Part shown: positions 10,983 to 22,701 of the stretch, in pieces
Numbering within the stretch: position 1 is the first letter of the stretch
Layout of the letters: each line of letters opens with the position of its first letter
DNA from: Pristiophorus japonicus
Taxonomy: Eukaryota
Reading direction: 5' to 3'
DNA length: 64,000 nucleotides
Assembly (NCBI RefSeq): GCF_044704955.1
Contig: NW_027254484.1
Location: 124,001-188,000 of the forward strand
Notes under the pieces: model-generated
What the model was told of the DNA's origin: nothing
Seen by the model: the letters and a program-made list of their open reading frames with translations, nothing else
Databases searched by the model: none
Translations under genes and position numbers: made by a program

Positions 10983-11904
10983 AAATCAATATTGACCCCG
11001 GAATATCCCAAGTGCCCCAATTAATATATTTTGAGCTTTATCAATATAGAAGAGTAATATTATGCCCCTGAATAGTTCCCTCGCTGACTCATTCCCCCGT
11101 TGGTGTATTTACAGATAGATTGATGGACAGATATTGATCTCATTCCGTTGATATAAATCTATCTGTAAATATATTCAGATATTGTCCGCATGTTCCCCTC
11201 CCCCGCCCCCCAGACACCAGACTCCCGAAGCGAGCGCTCGACTCGGAACTCCTGCACGGGCGCGCGAGCCCCAAGGTGGGCAGAGGAAACGTTCTGCAAG
11301 GGACACACCCACTCCCCTGATAAAGTGCAACATCCCCGCCCCCCACCGACACCTGGGAGTCCCCCCTGGGCCCAAAGACCAGTCCGCCCCTAAGTGGTGG
11401 AAGTGCATCCGGGAGGGCGCCGAGCACCTCGAGTCTCGTCGCCAATTGCGAGCACGCAGAAAGCAAGCGCAAGGCAGCGGAAGGAGCGTGCGGCAAACCT
11501 GTCCCACCCTCCCCTTTCCCTCAACGTCTATCTGTCCCACCCTCCCCTTTCCCTCAACGTCTATCTGTCCCACCCCGTGACAGGGACTGCGACTCCCGTA
11601 TTGGACTATTCAGCCTCCTTAGGCCTCGTTTTTAAGAGTGGAAACAAGTCTTCCTCGATTCCAAGGGGCTTCCTCTAACGATGAGATATAGAGAAGTGAT
11701 ATTAACCCTTATACTCATTCCGTTATATACTCTCTGCCCCAATTTAAACAGAGAGAGATATTTTACGATATTTAGACATTAATATTGACTCATTATCCCC
11801 AAGTGCTCCATGTGCGAAGTATGAGATGTATTAAAATACAGACACTAATATTAACCCCGTCAATATGCCCTCTCTCACTCACTGCCCCAATTACAGCATA
11901 GTTA

Positions 11905-13700
11905 GAGACATAGAAACATAGAAAATAGGTGCAGGAGCAGGCCATTGGGTCCTTCGAGCCTGCCCCACCATTCAATATGATCATGGCTGATCATGCAACT
12001 TCAGTACCCCACTCCTGCCTTCTCTCCATACCCCCCTGATCCCTTTAGCCGTAAGGGCCACATCTAACTCCCTTTTGAATATATCCAACGAACTGGCCCC
12101 CAACAACTTTCTGTGGCAGAGAATTCCACAGGTTCGCAATTCTCTGGTTGAAGAAGTTTCTCCTCATCTCGGTCCAAAATGGCTGACCCCTTATCCTTAG
12201 ACTGTGTGAGCCCTGGTTCTGGACTTCCCCAACATCGGGAACATTCTTCCCGCATCTAAACCTGTCCAGTCCCGTCAGAATTTTATATGTTTCTATGAGA
12301 TCCCCTCTCATTCTTCTAAACTCCAGTGAATATAAGCCCAGTCGATCCAGTCTTTCTTCATATGTCAGTCCTGCCATCCCGGGAATCAGTCTGGTGAACC
12401 TTCGCTGCACTCCCTCAATAGCAAGAATGTCCTTCCTCAGATTAGGAGACCAAAACTGAACACAATACTCCAGGTGTGGCCTCACCAAGGCCCTGTACAA
12501 CTGCAGTAAGACCTCCCTGCTCCTATACTCAAATCCTCTCGCTATGAAGGCCAACATACCATTTGCCTTCTTCACCGCCTGCTGTACCTGCATGGCCAAC
12601 TTTCAATGACTGATGTCCCATGACACCCAGGTCTCGTTGCACCTCCCCTTTTCCTAATCTGTCACCATTCAGATAATATTCTGCCTTCCTGTTTTTACCA
12701 CCAAAGTGGATCACCTCACATTTATCCACATTATACTGCATCTGCCATGCATTTGCCCCACTCACCTAACCTGTCCAAGTCACCCTGCAGCCTCTTAGCA
12801 TCCTCCTCACAGCTCACACCGCCACCCAGCTTAGTGTCATCTGTAAACTTGGAGATATTACACTCAATTCCTTCGTCTAAATCATTAATGTATATTGTAA
12901 ATAGCTGGGGTCCCAGCACTGATCCCTGCGGCACCCCACTAGTCACTGCCTGCCGTTCTGAAAAGGACCCGTTTATCCCGACTCTCTGCTTCCTGTCTGA
13001 CAACCAGTTCTCGATCCCCGTCAGTACATTACCCCCAATACCATGTGCTTTAATGTTGCACACCAATCTCTTGTGTGGGACCTTGTCAAAAGCCTTTTGT
13101 CAGTCCAAATACACCACATCCACTGGTTCTCCCTTGTCCACTCTACGAGTTACATCCTCCAAAAATCCCAGAAGATCTTTCAAGCATGATTTCCCCTTTC
13201 ATAAATCCATGTTGACTTGGACCGATCCTGTCCCTGCTTTCCAAATGCGCTGCTATTACATCTTAAATAATTGATTCCAACATTTTCCCCACTACTGATG
13301 TCAGGCTAACCGGTCTATAATTACCCATTTTCTATCTCCCTCCTTTTTTAAAAGTGGGGTTACATTAACTACCCTCCAGTCCATAGGGACTGATCCAGAG
13401 TCTATCGAATGTTGGAAAATGACCACCAATGCATCCACTTTCTGTGGTAGAGAATTCCACAGGTTCACAATTCTCTGGGTGAAGAAGTTTCTCCTCATCT
13501 CGGTCCTAAGTGGCTTACCCCTTATCCTTAGACTGTGTGAGCCCTGGTTCTGGACTTCCCCAACATCGGGAACATTCTTCCCGCATCTAAACCTGTCCAG
13601 TCCCGTCAGAATTTGACATGTTTCCTGTCAGATCCCCCTCTCATCCTTCTAAACTCCAGCGAATATAAGCCCAGTCGATCCAGTCTCTCCTGATATGTCA
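11905..13700 (-). mobile_element. CR1 'B' long fragment (RT domain to tail), decayed
   Basis: [28 protein letters not shown](A/T)DDTKL; stop in YLD*QKAF and frameshifts. Confidence 0.92.
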
Positions 13701-16700
13701 GAAATTAACCCCTCGATGATGTCCTTTCTCACCGGCTGCCCCAATTGAAGCACAGCGAGCTATTTCGGAGATACATGAATGCAGAAAGATTCAAATGGAT
13801 CCCAGGTTATCCCAAGTGAGATATATTAATATACCGGCAGTAATATTAACCCTTGAAGGTCACCCTCCCTCACACCTTGCCTCAATTGAGAGAGAGTTGG
13901 CGGTATTGAGGTATATATTAATATACAAAGATTAATATAGGTTCCTGATGATCCCAAGTGCTATATATGAGATATATTAATATACCAGCAGTAATATTAA
14001 CCCTTGAAGGTCACCCTAACTCACACCTTGCCTCAATTGAGAGAGAGTTGGCAGTATTGAGGTATATATTAATATGCAAAGATTAATATTGGTTCCTGAT
14101 GATCCCAAGTGCTATACATGAGATATATTAATATACAGGCAGTAATATTAACCCTTGAAGGTCACCCTCCCTCACACCTTGCCTCAATTTAAGCAAATTG
14201 AGGAATTTTAAGATATTTCGAGCTCTATTCAAAGAAAAACATTAATATTGCTGCCTGGTGATCCCAAGTGCTATATATGAGATATATTAATATACGGGTA
14301 GTAATATTAAGCCCTCACTGATGCCCTCCCTCCATCCCTGCCCCAATTGAGGGAGTTTTGGAGCTATTTCGAGACATATTAATGTACAAACAGTAATATT
14401 GACCCCCAGCCACTTGGCCTCAGTGCCCCAGGGCCCTCTTGCAGCATTTATTCAGGTGCATTGATCCCTGGGGCACCCCACCAGTTACTGATTGCCGACC
14501 CGAGAATGAACAGTTGTCCCGACTCTCTGTTCTCTGTTAGTGACCCCATCCTCTATCCGTGCTAATATATTACCCCCAAACCCCGCGAGCTTTTATCCTG
14601 CGCAGTAACCTCTCATGTGGTACTTTATCGAAGGATTGCTCAAACTCCCTTCGGTCACTGAGCAGGGAAGGGGGTTTGGGTCCACTGGGATTCTCACATC
14701 AGAAATAGGAGCCAGGAGTGGGCCATTCGGCCCCTCGAGCCCTGCTCCGCCATTTAATACCATCGTGGCCTGATCCGATCATGGACCCAGCTCCACTTCC
14801 CTGCCCGCCCCTTATCGGTTAAGGAACTGTCTATCTCTGTCTTAAATATATTCAATGTCCCGGCTTCCACAGCTCTCTGAGGCAGCGAGTTCCACAGATT
14901 TACAACCCTCTGAGAGAAGAAATTCCTCCTCATCTCAGTTTTAAATGGGCGGCCCCTTATTCTAAGACCATGCCCCCTAGTTCCAGTCTCCCCCATCAGT
15001 GGGAACATCCTCTCTGCATCCACCTTGTCGAGCCCCCCTCATAATCTGATACGTTTCGATAAGATCACCTCTTATTCTTCTGAACTCCAATGAGTAGAGG
15101 CCCAACCTCCTCAACCTTTCCTCATAAGTCAACCCCCTCATCCCCGGAATCGACCGAGTGAACCTTCTCTGAACTGCCTCCAAAGCAAAGTGTGTCCTTT
15201 GGTAAATACGGAGAGCAAAACTGTGCACGCAGTACTCCAGGTGTGGCCTCACCAATACCCTGTGTAACTGGAGCAAAACTTCCCTGCTTTTGTACATACA
15301 GGGAATAATACACAAAGATTAAATATTGTTTCCCGATTATCCCAAGTTCCCCAATCGATACAGTCACAGAGATATTAATCGTTGGCGACGAATATTTAAT
15401 CCCAGATTACTCCCCCCTCTCTCTCTCTCTCTCTCTCTCTCACTCACTGCCCCAATTGCAGCCTATTGATCTGTTTTAAGATACTTTGAGATCGAGTAAA
15501 CGTACAGGTGGAGAGGCCGCTCCGGATTCCGGGGGATTTCCGGATTCCGGAACGTCGTTGCCTGGGCTGAGGTTGGTGGGGTTGGCCAGCTGAGGTTAGT
15601 GGGGGAGGGGAGAGCGGGGGAGCCGAGGAGGGCGGGGGGAGAGTCTGGATTCCGAAACATTCCGAATTTTGGAACTCTGGATTTTGGACGCTCAAAAATC
15701 AATATTGACCCCGGAATATCCCAAGTGCCCCAATTAATATATTTTGCGCTTTATCAATATAGAAGAGTAATATTATGCCCCTGAATAGTTCCCTCGCTGA
15801 CTCATTCCCCCGTTGGTGTATTTACAGATAGATTGATGGACAGATATTGATCTCATTCCGTTGATATAAACCTATCTGTAAATATATTCAGATATTGTCC
15901 GCATGTTCCCCCCCCCCCCCTCCCCCAGACACCAGACTCCCGAAGCGAGCGCTCGACTCGGAACTCCTGCACGGGCGCGCGAGCCCCAAGGTGGGCAGAG
16001 GAAACGTTCTGCAAGGGACACACCCACTCCCCTGATAAAGTGCAACACCCCCGCCCCCCGCACCGACACCTGGGAGTCCCCCCTGGCCCAAAGACCAGTC
16101 CGCCCCTAAGTGGTGGTAGTGCATCCGGGAGGGCGCCGAGCACCTCGAGTCTCGTCGCCAATTGCGAGCACGCAGAAAGCAAGCGCAAGGCAGCGGAGGG
16201 AGCGTGCGGCAAACCAGTCCCACCCTCCCCTTTCCCTCAACGTCTATCTGTCCCACCCTCCCCTTCCCTCAATGTCTATCTGTCCCACCCCGTGACAGGG
16301 ACTGCGACTCCCGTATTGGACTATTCAGCCACCTGAGGCCTCGTTTTTAAAAGTGGAAACAAGTCTTCCTCGATTCCAAGGGGCTGCCTCTAACGATGAG
16401 ATATAGACAAGTGATATTAACCCTTATACTCATTCCGTTATATACTCTCTGCCCCAATTTAAACAGAGAGAGATATTTTACGATATTTAGACATTAATAT
16501 TGACTCATTATCCCCAAGTGCTCCATGTGCGAAGTATGGGATGTATTAAAATACAGAGACTAATATTAACCCCGTCAATATGCCCTCTCTCACTCACTGC
16601 CCCAATTACAGCATAGTTAGAGACACAGAAACATAGAAAATAGGTGCAGGAGCAGGCCATTGGGCCAATATAAGCCCAGTCGATCCAGTCTCTCCTGATA

Positions 16701-17314
16701 TGTCAGAAATTAACCCCTCTATGATCTCCTCTCTCACCGGCTGCCCCAATTGAAGCACAGCGAGCTATTTCGGAGATATATGAATGTAGAAAGATTCATA
16801 TGGATCCCAGGTTATCCCAAGTGAGATATATTAATATACCGGCAGTAATATTAACCCTTGAAGGTCACCCTCCCTCACACCTTGCCTCAATTGAGAGAGA
16901 GTTGGCGGTATTGAGGTATATATTAATATACAAAGATTAATATTAGTTCCTGATGATCCCAAGTGCTATACATGAGATATATTAATATACCGGCAGTAAT
17001 ATTAACCCTTGAAGGTCACCCTCCCTCACACCTTGCCTCAATTTAAGCAAATTGAGGAATTTTAAGATATTTCGAGCTCTATTCAAAGAAAAACATTAAT
17101 ATTGCTGCCTGGTGATCGCAAGTGCTATATATGAGATATATTAATATACGGGCAGTAATATTAAGCCCTCACTGATGCCCTCCCTCCATCCCTGCCTCAA
17201 TTGAGGGAGTTTTGGAGCTATTTCGAGACATATTAATGTACAAACAGTAATATTGACCCCCAGCCACTTGGCCTCAGTGCCCCAGGGCCCTCTTGCAGCA
17301 TTTATTCAGGTGCA

Positions 17315-18302
17315 TTGATCCCTGGAGCACCCCACTAGTTACTGATTGCCGACCCGAGAATGAACAGTTGTCCCGACTCTCTGTTCTCTGTTAGTGAGCC
17401 CATCCTCCATCCGTGCTAATATATTACCCCCAAACCCCGCGAGCTTTTATCCTGCGCAGTAACCTCTCATGTGGTACTTTATCGAAGGATTGCTCAAACT
17501 CCCTTCGGTCACTGAGCAGGGAAGGAGGTTTGGGTCCACTGGGATTCTCACATCAGAAATAGGAGCCAGGAGTGGGCCATTCGGCCCCTCGAGCCCTGCC
17601 CCGCCATTTAATACGATCGTGGCCTGATCCGATCATGGACCCAGCTCCACTTCCCTGCCCGCCCCCTTATCGGTTAAGAAACTGTCTATCTCTGTCTTAA
17701 ATATATTCAATGTCCCGGCTTCCACAGCTCTCTGAGGCAGCGAGTTCCACAGATTTACAACCCTCTGAGAGAAGAAATTCCTCCTCATCTCAGTTTTAAA
17801 TGGGCGGCCCCTTATTCTAAGACCATGCCCCCTAGTTCTAGTCTCCCCCATCAGTGGGAACATCCTCTCTGCATCCACCTTGTAGAGCCCCCCTCATAAT
17901 CTGATACGTTTCGATAAGATCACCTCTCATTCTTCTGAACTCCAATGAGTAGAGGCCCAACCTCCTCAACCTTTCCTCATAAGTCAACCCCCTCATCCCC
18001 CGGAATCGACCGAGTGAACCTTCTCTGAACTGCCTCCAAAGCAAAGTGTGTCCTTTGGTAAATACGGAGAGCAAAACTGTGCACGCAGTACTCCGGGTGT
18101 GGCCTCACCGATACCCTGTGTAACTGGAGCAAGACTTCCCTGCTTTTATACTCCATCCCCCTTTGCAATAAAGACCAAGATACCATTGGCCCTTCCTGAT
18201 CACTTGCTGTACCTGCGTACTAACCTTTTGTGTTTCATGTACAAGTAACCCCCAGGTCCCGCTGTACTGCGGCACTTTGTAATCTTTCTCCATTTAAATA
18301 AT
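17315..18302 (-). mobile_element. CR1 RT fragment plus CR1 'A' 3' end downstream of Z2
   Basis: Same as 965-1950. Confidence 0.9.
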
Positions 18303-18458
18303 CGCTTCCTTCTTCTCTCGCAACCAGAGGCTCCATTCAGCTCACCAGGCAATGTGGGGAAATGCAGCACACAAACATAACGCTCCCCATCGGGGTCAGA
18401 GTGGGGGCAGAAAACCATCTTTTTATTGGTCACAGCAGGTTTGTACAGCGGTAGCAGA

Positions 18459-18586
18459 NNNNNNNNNNNNNNNNNNNNNNNNNNNNNNNNNNNNNNNNNN
18501 NNNNNNNNNNNNNNNNNNNNNNNNNNNNNNNNNNNNNNNNNNNNNNNNNNNNNNNNNNNNNNNNNNNNNNNNNNNNNNNNNNNNNN
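18459..18586. other. N block (128 nt) in the Z2 3'UTR
   Basis: Same flanks as the other N blocks. Confidence 0.95.
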
Positions 18587-19662
18587 GTGGAGAGACAGAG
18601 CGACCATCACATACAACAGCAGACATTTTTCAGGAGGAGACCTTCGATCGAGAGCTGACTCGGGTCTCCCTCTCACCCCTCACCCCGCCGTCTCGCATTC
18701 CGCGCTCCGGATTTCAACCCGCTTCCCACGCCCGGCCCCCTGTTCCCAGGCGCGAACCCGCGGGTGCGGGCTATTCGACTCGAGGGGCATCAGGCCCACG
18801 GTTGAGACGTTGTTTCTCCGCCCTCCCCAGCGCGGAGGGAGGGAGGGGGTGGGCGGAGGGATGTGTGTGTGTGTGGGGAGAGGGTGGGGGGGGGGGAAAA
18901 CACGTGTGGCCTTGCCCCTCCCCTCCCCACCCACCCGTGAGCCTTCCGGAGGTAGGGAGCACTAAAGCTCGTATCGTCTCACGCCCCCGGTCCGCGCGCC
19001 TGTGCGGGGCGTGTGCGAGAGCGGGGCTCTCTGTACCCGTCGGGGCAGGGGGGGGTGGGGGTAAGGAGCACGAGGTGATCTGATTGGTGTTTGCCTTGAG
19101 ATGGGATTTGTGAGGGACGGGGTAGGGGAGAAGAGGGCGAAGGTGAGCACGGGCGGGGGAGGGGTCATGAGTCCGCTTGACCTCCTCCCCCCACCAGACC
19201 CCCCACCCCGACCCCAGCTTGCAAACGGCGCCCTCTTCAGGGGAGGTGGGGAGCGGGCGGCGATGCACGCCGCAGTCGAATAGCCCGCCGCGCAGCACGA
19301 GGGGCTTGTGGGGGTGCGGGGAGGCGGGGGAGCTGTGCGGTCCGCGATCGAGGGATAATTCAGTGTTTGCAACGTGCAGTAGGGGGAGGGGAGAGGGAAC
19401 GGCGGGGGAGGGGAGGAGAGGGAACGGCGGGGGAGGGGAGGAGAGGGGACGGAGGGGGAGGGGAGGAGAGGGGACGGAGGGGGTGGGGAGGAGAGGGGAC
19501 GGAGGGGGAGGGGAGTTGGGACCAAGTCCCCACAAGATCCCCTCGACCTGCCCAGCAACGACCGGATCCTAGCCCCGCCCACTCTTACCCCAACTCCTCC
19601 CCCGCCCTCCCGTGGGTGGGGGGAGGGGGTTAAGCCCCCACCCCAGCCCCCCCACCCCTCGG

Positions 19663-22600
19663 TCAGCGGGGACAGGGCAGGGCCCGGTCGGCCGCGTGGC
19701 GGGGGAGGTGACAGGCCAGCTCAAAGGCCCGGGCAAAAGCCTCGGGGCAGTGGGGGCAGGGAAAGGCGGGCTGGTGCTGGGCCGGGCGACGGCAACGGTG
19801 GCCGAGCAGCTCCACCAGCCGGCCAAAGTCGCGGCCGCACAGGGCGCAGTCGTAGGGGCGGGGGGCGACAGGGGAGTCCGGGCTGGCCGCCCGCGCAGGG
19901 AGGGGGGCGTCCGAGGTGCTGGCCTCCGGGGGTTGGCGGATGTCAGCATACGGGGCCTCGTAGCCCTGCGGGAATTCCAGGCCTTGGGCCTGCGGGGGTT
20001 CGCGGTTCTGCGCACGCGCCTCCTCTAAGCCCTGTGGGAGTTTGAGGCCTTGGGCCTGTGGTAGTTGCCGGTTCTGCGCATGCGCATTTTCCGAGCAATG
20101 TGGTAGTTGCCGGCTCTGCGCATGCGCATTTTCCGAGCAATGTGCTAGTTGCCGGCTCTGCGCATGCGCATTCTCCGAGCCCTGCGGCTGCTGCCGGCTC
20201 TGCGCATGCACATTCTCCGAGCAATGTGGTAGTTGCTGGCTCTGCGCATGCGCATTTTCCGAGCTATGTGGTAGTTGCCGGCTCTGCGCATGCGCATCCT
20301 CTGAGCCTTGCGGCAGCTGCCGGCTCTGCGCATGCGCATCCTCTGAGCCCTGCGGCAACTGCCGGCTCTGCGCATGCACATTCTCCGAGCAATGTGGTAG
20401 TTGCCGGCTCTGCGCATGCGCATTTTCCGAGCTATGTGGAAGTTGCTGGCTCTGCGCATGCGCATTCTCCGAGCCCTGCGGCAGTTGCCGGCTCTGCGTA
20501 TGCGCATTCTCCGAGCTATGTGGAAGTTGCCGGCTCTGCGTATGCGCATTCTCCGAGCCCTGCGGCAGTTGCCGGCTCTGCGCATGCGCATTCTCCGAGC
20601 CCTGCGGCAGTTGCCGGCTCTGCGCATGCTGCTCCCCGGCCTCCGGCGTCGGCGGCCCCCCCCGGCAGTGCCGGGCCCGGTGGCCCCTCAGCCCCCCGGG
20701 GGCCTTGAAGGCCCGGCCGCAGCGGGGGCAGGCGTGGGGGCGCAGCGGCGAGTGGGTGCGCCGGTGCCGGCCCAGCAGCGAAGGGCGGGTGAAGCCCTTG
20801 CCGCACTGGCCGCAGACGTAGGGCCGCTCGCCCGTGTGGAGGCGGGCGTGGTGGTCGCGGTCCCGCCCGCTCTTGAAGCGGCGGGGGCAGGAGGGGCAGG
20901 GGTAGGGGGCCCGGTCCGAGTGGGCCCGCAGGTGGCGGGCCAGCTCGTAGGGGTAGCGGAAGCCCTTGTCGCAGTGCGGGCAAGCGTGCCGCGGCGGGTC
21001 GGGCAGGTGGCGCCCCCGGTGCTTGAGCAGGTAGGAGGCGGTCTTGAAGCGCTTGGGGCACAGCGGGCACGGGTAGGGGGTCTGGTCGGTGTGGGTGCGC
21101 AGGTGCTGGGCCAGGTAGTGGGGCCGCTTGAAGCGCTTGTCGCAGCGGGGGCAGGGGAAGGGGGCCTCGTCGGTGTGAGTCAACCGGTGGCGGAGCAGCT
21201 CGTAGGAGTTGACGAAGCCCTTGCCGCAGGCCGGGCAGGCGAAGGGCCGCTCGTCGGTGTGGCTGCGCTGGTGGCGGAGGAGGTGGGAGGCCCGGCTGTA
21301 CCGGCGGCCGCACTGGGCGCAGCGGAAGGGGGCGGGCAGCGGCGGGTGCAGGGCCACCCCCGTTCCTCCCCGGTGCAACGGCGACGAGGAGGCGGCGGAG
21401 GAGGAGGCGTGCTCCTGGAGCTCGGCCGCCCCCTCGAAGGTCAGCCGGCACAGCGGGCAGGAGAAGGGGCCCTGGCCGGCGTGGCCCGCCAGGTGGTGGC
21501 GGGAGAGGGCCTGGGGGTCGCAGAAGGACTTGCCGCACACGGCGCACTTGGGGCGCTCGGGGAGGGGGGCGGGCCCGTCCGCGTTGGCCGCCGTTGTCGG
21601 GCCGGGGGCCGGGCAGGGCGGGGCGGGCCCGAGCGAGGTCGGCGTCAACGTTGGCGACGAGGCCCATGATGTCAACGTTGGCGACGAGGCCAATGGCGTC
21701 AACGTTGGCGACGAGGCCAATGACGTCAACGTTGGCGACGAGGCCAATGACGTCAACGTTGGCGACGAGGCCAATGACGTCAACGTTGGCGACGAGGCCA
21801 ATGACGTCAACGTTGGCGACGAGGCCAATGACGTCAACGTTGGCGACGAGGCCAATGACGTCAACGTTGGCGACGAGGCCAATGACGTCAACGTTGGCGA
21901 CGAGGGAGCGATCAATTCGGCGGAGGCTGCCACCGGCGCCCTCTGGTGGGTGCGCCGGTGACGGCGGAGCGTGCCGGGGTCGCGGAAGGCCCGCAGGCAC
22001 TCGGGGCACGGGTACGGCCGCTCGCCGGTGTGCGAGTACTGGTGCCGCAGGAGGTGGGCCGAGCGGCTGTAGCCCTTGCCGCAGGCCCGGCAGCGGAAGG
22101 GGCGGCGGGGCGGGGGCCCGTGCTCGGCCCGGCGGTGGCAGGCCAGGCCCCGGGGCCGGGCGAAGCGGCGGGGGCAGGCGTCGCAGCGGTAGGGGCGGGA
22201 GGGGTCGTGGACCAGGGCGTGGCGGGCCAGCTCGTAGCGCTCCTTGAAGGACTTGCCGCACTGGGGGCAGGCGAAGGCCGAGGGCCGCCCGTGACGGCGC
22301 CGGTGCTTCTGGAGGTACCAGGGCGTGGCGAAGCGCTTGGGGCACAGCGGGCACAGGTACGGGCGCTGGCGCTCGCAGGAGTGGCGGGCCAGCAGCTCGG
22401 GCAGGGCAAAGTCCAGGCCGCAGGAGCGGCAACGCTGCGCGTCGCCGCGCGGGTCCGGCGCGCCGGCGGGCGGCGTCTGCGGCGGCGGCGGCCGGCAGCG
22501 GTGGCGGGCCAGCAGCGGGAAGTAGCCGAAGCCCCGCCCGCAGGAGGAGCAGATGAAGGGCGTGCGGGGCGGGTGCAGGGCCCGGTGGCGCCAGAGGGGC

Positions 22601-22701
22601 CAGGCGCCCGGGAAGCGCTTGCCGCAGTCGCCGCAGCGGTGGGGGCGGCGGGGGGCGGGCGGGCCGGGCCTCCCCCGGCGGAGCGGGGCCCGGCGCGTCA
22701 T
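19663..22701 (-). CDS. Multi-C2H2 zinc-finger protein, copy Z2 (1012 aa)
   Basis: Near-identical to Z1, differing mainly in VNTR copy number. In-frame TGA 141 nt upstream of the ATG. AATAAA at 18422-18427 (minus). Confidence 0.9.
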   Translation of the reverse strand: MTRRAPLRRGRPGPPAPRRPHRCGDCGKRFPGAWPLWRHRALHPPRTPFICSSCGRGFGYFPLLARHRCRPPPPQTPPAGAPDPRGDAQRCRSCGLDFALPELLARHSCERQRPYLCPLCPKRFATPWYLQKHRRRHGRPSAFACPQCGKSFKERYELARHALVHDPSRPYRCDACPRRFARPRGLACHRRAEHGPPPRRPFRCRACGKGYSRSAHLLRHQYSHTGERPYPCPECLRAFRDPGTLRRHRRTHQRAPVAASAELIAPSSPTLTSLASSPTLTSLASSPTLTSLASSPTLTSLASSPTLTSLASSPTLTSLASSPTLTSLASSPTLTPLASSPTLTSWASSPTLTPTSLGPAPPCPAPGPTTAANADGPAPLPERPKCAVCGKSFCDPQALSRHHLAGHAGQGPFSCPLCRLTFEGAAELQEHASSSAASSSPLHRGGTGVALHPPLPAPFRCAQCGRRYSRASHLLRHQRSHTDERPFACPACGKGFVNSYELLRHRLTHTDEAPFPCPRCDKRFKRPHYLAQHLRTHTDQTPYPCPLCPKRFKTASYLLKHRGRHLPDPPRHACPHCDKGFRYPYELARHLRAHSDRAPYPCPSCPRRFKSGRDRDHHARLHTGERPYVCGQCGKGFTRPSLLGRHRRTHSPLRPHACPRCGRAFKAPGGLRGHRARHCRGGPPTPEAGEQHAQSRQLPQGSENAHAQSRQLPQGSENAHTQSRQLPHSSENAHTQSRQLPQGSENAHAQSQQLPHSSENAHAQSRQLPHCSENVHAQSRQLPQGSEDAHAQSRQLPQGSEDAHAQSRQLPHSSENAHAQSQQLPHCSENVHAQSRQQPQGSENAHAQSRQLAHCSENAHAQSRQLPHCSENAHAQNRQLPQAQGLKLPQGLEEARAQNREPPQAQGLEFPQGYEAPYADIRQPPEASTSDAPLPARAASPDSPVAPRPYDCALCGRDFGRLVELLGHRCRRPAQHQPAFPCPHCPEAFARAFELACHLPRHAADRALPCPR
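20061..20629. repeat. Coding 42-bp VNTR, 14 units
   Basis: Same unit; 9 perfect palindromes. Confidence 0.95.
21641..21904. repeat. Coding 27-bp VNTR, 10 units
   Basis: 7 perfect TGACGTCA. Confidence 0.95.

Noticed and set aside
11905-13435. Active reverse transcriptase or RT-associated system
   Set aside because: All RT pieces are truncated CR1 with the same stop and frameshifts in every copy, so they were duplicated passively.
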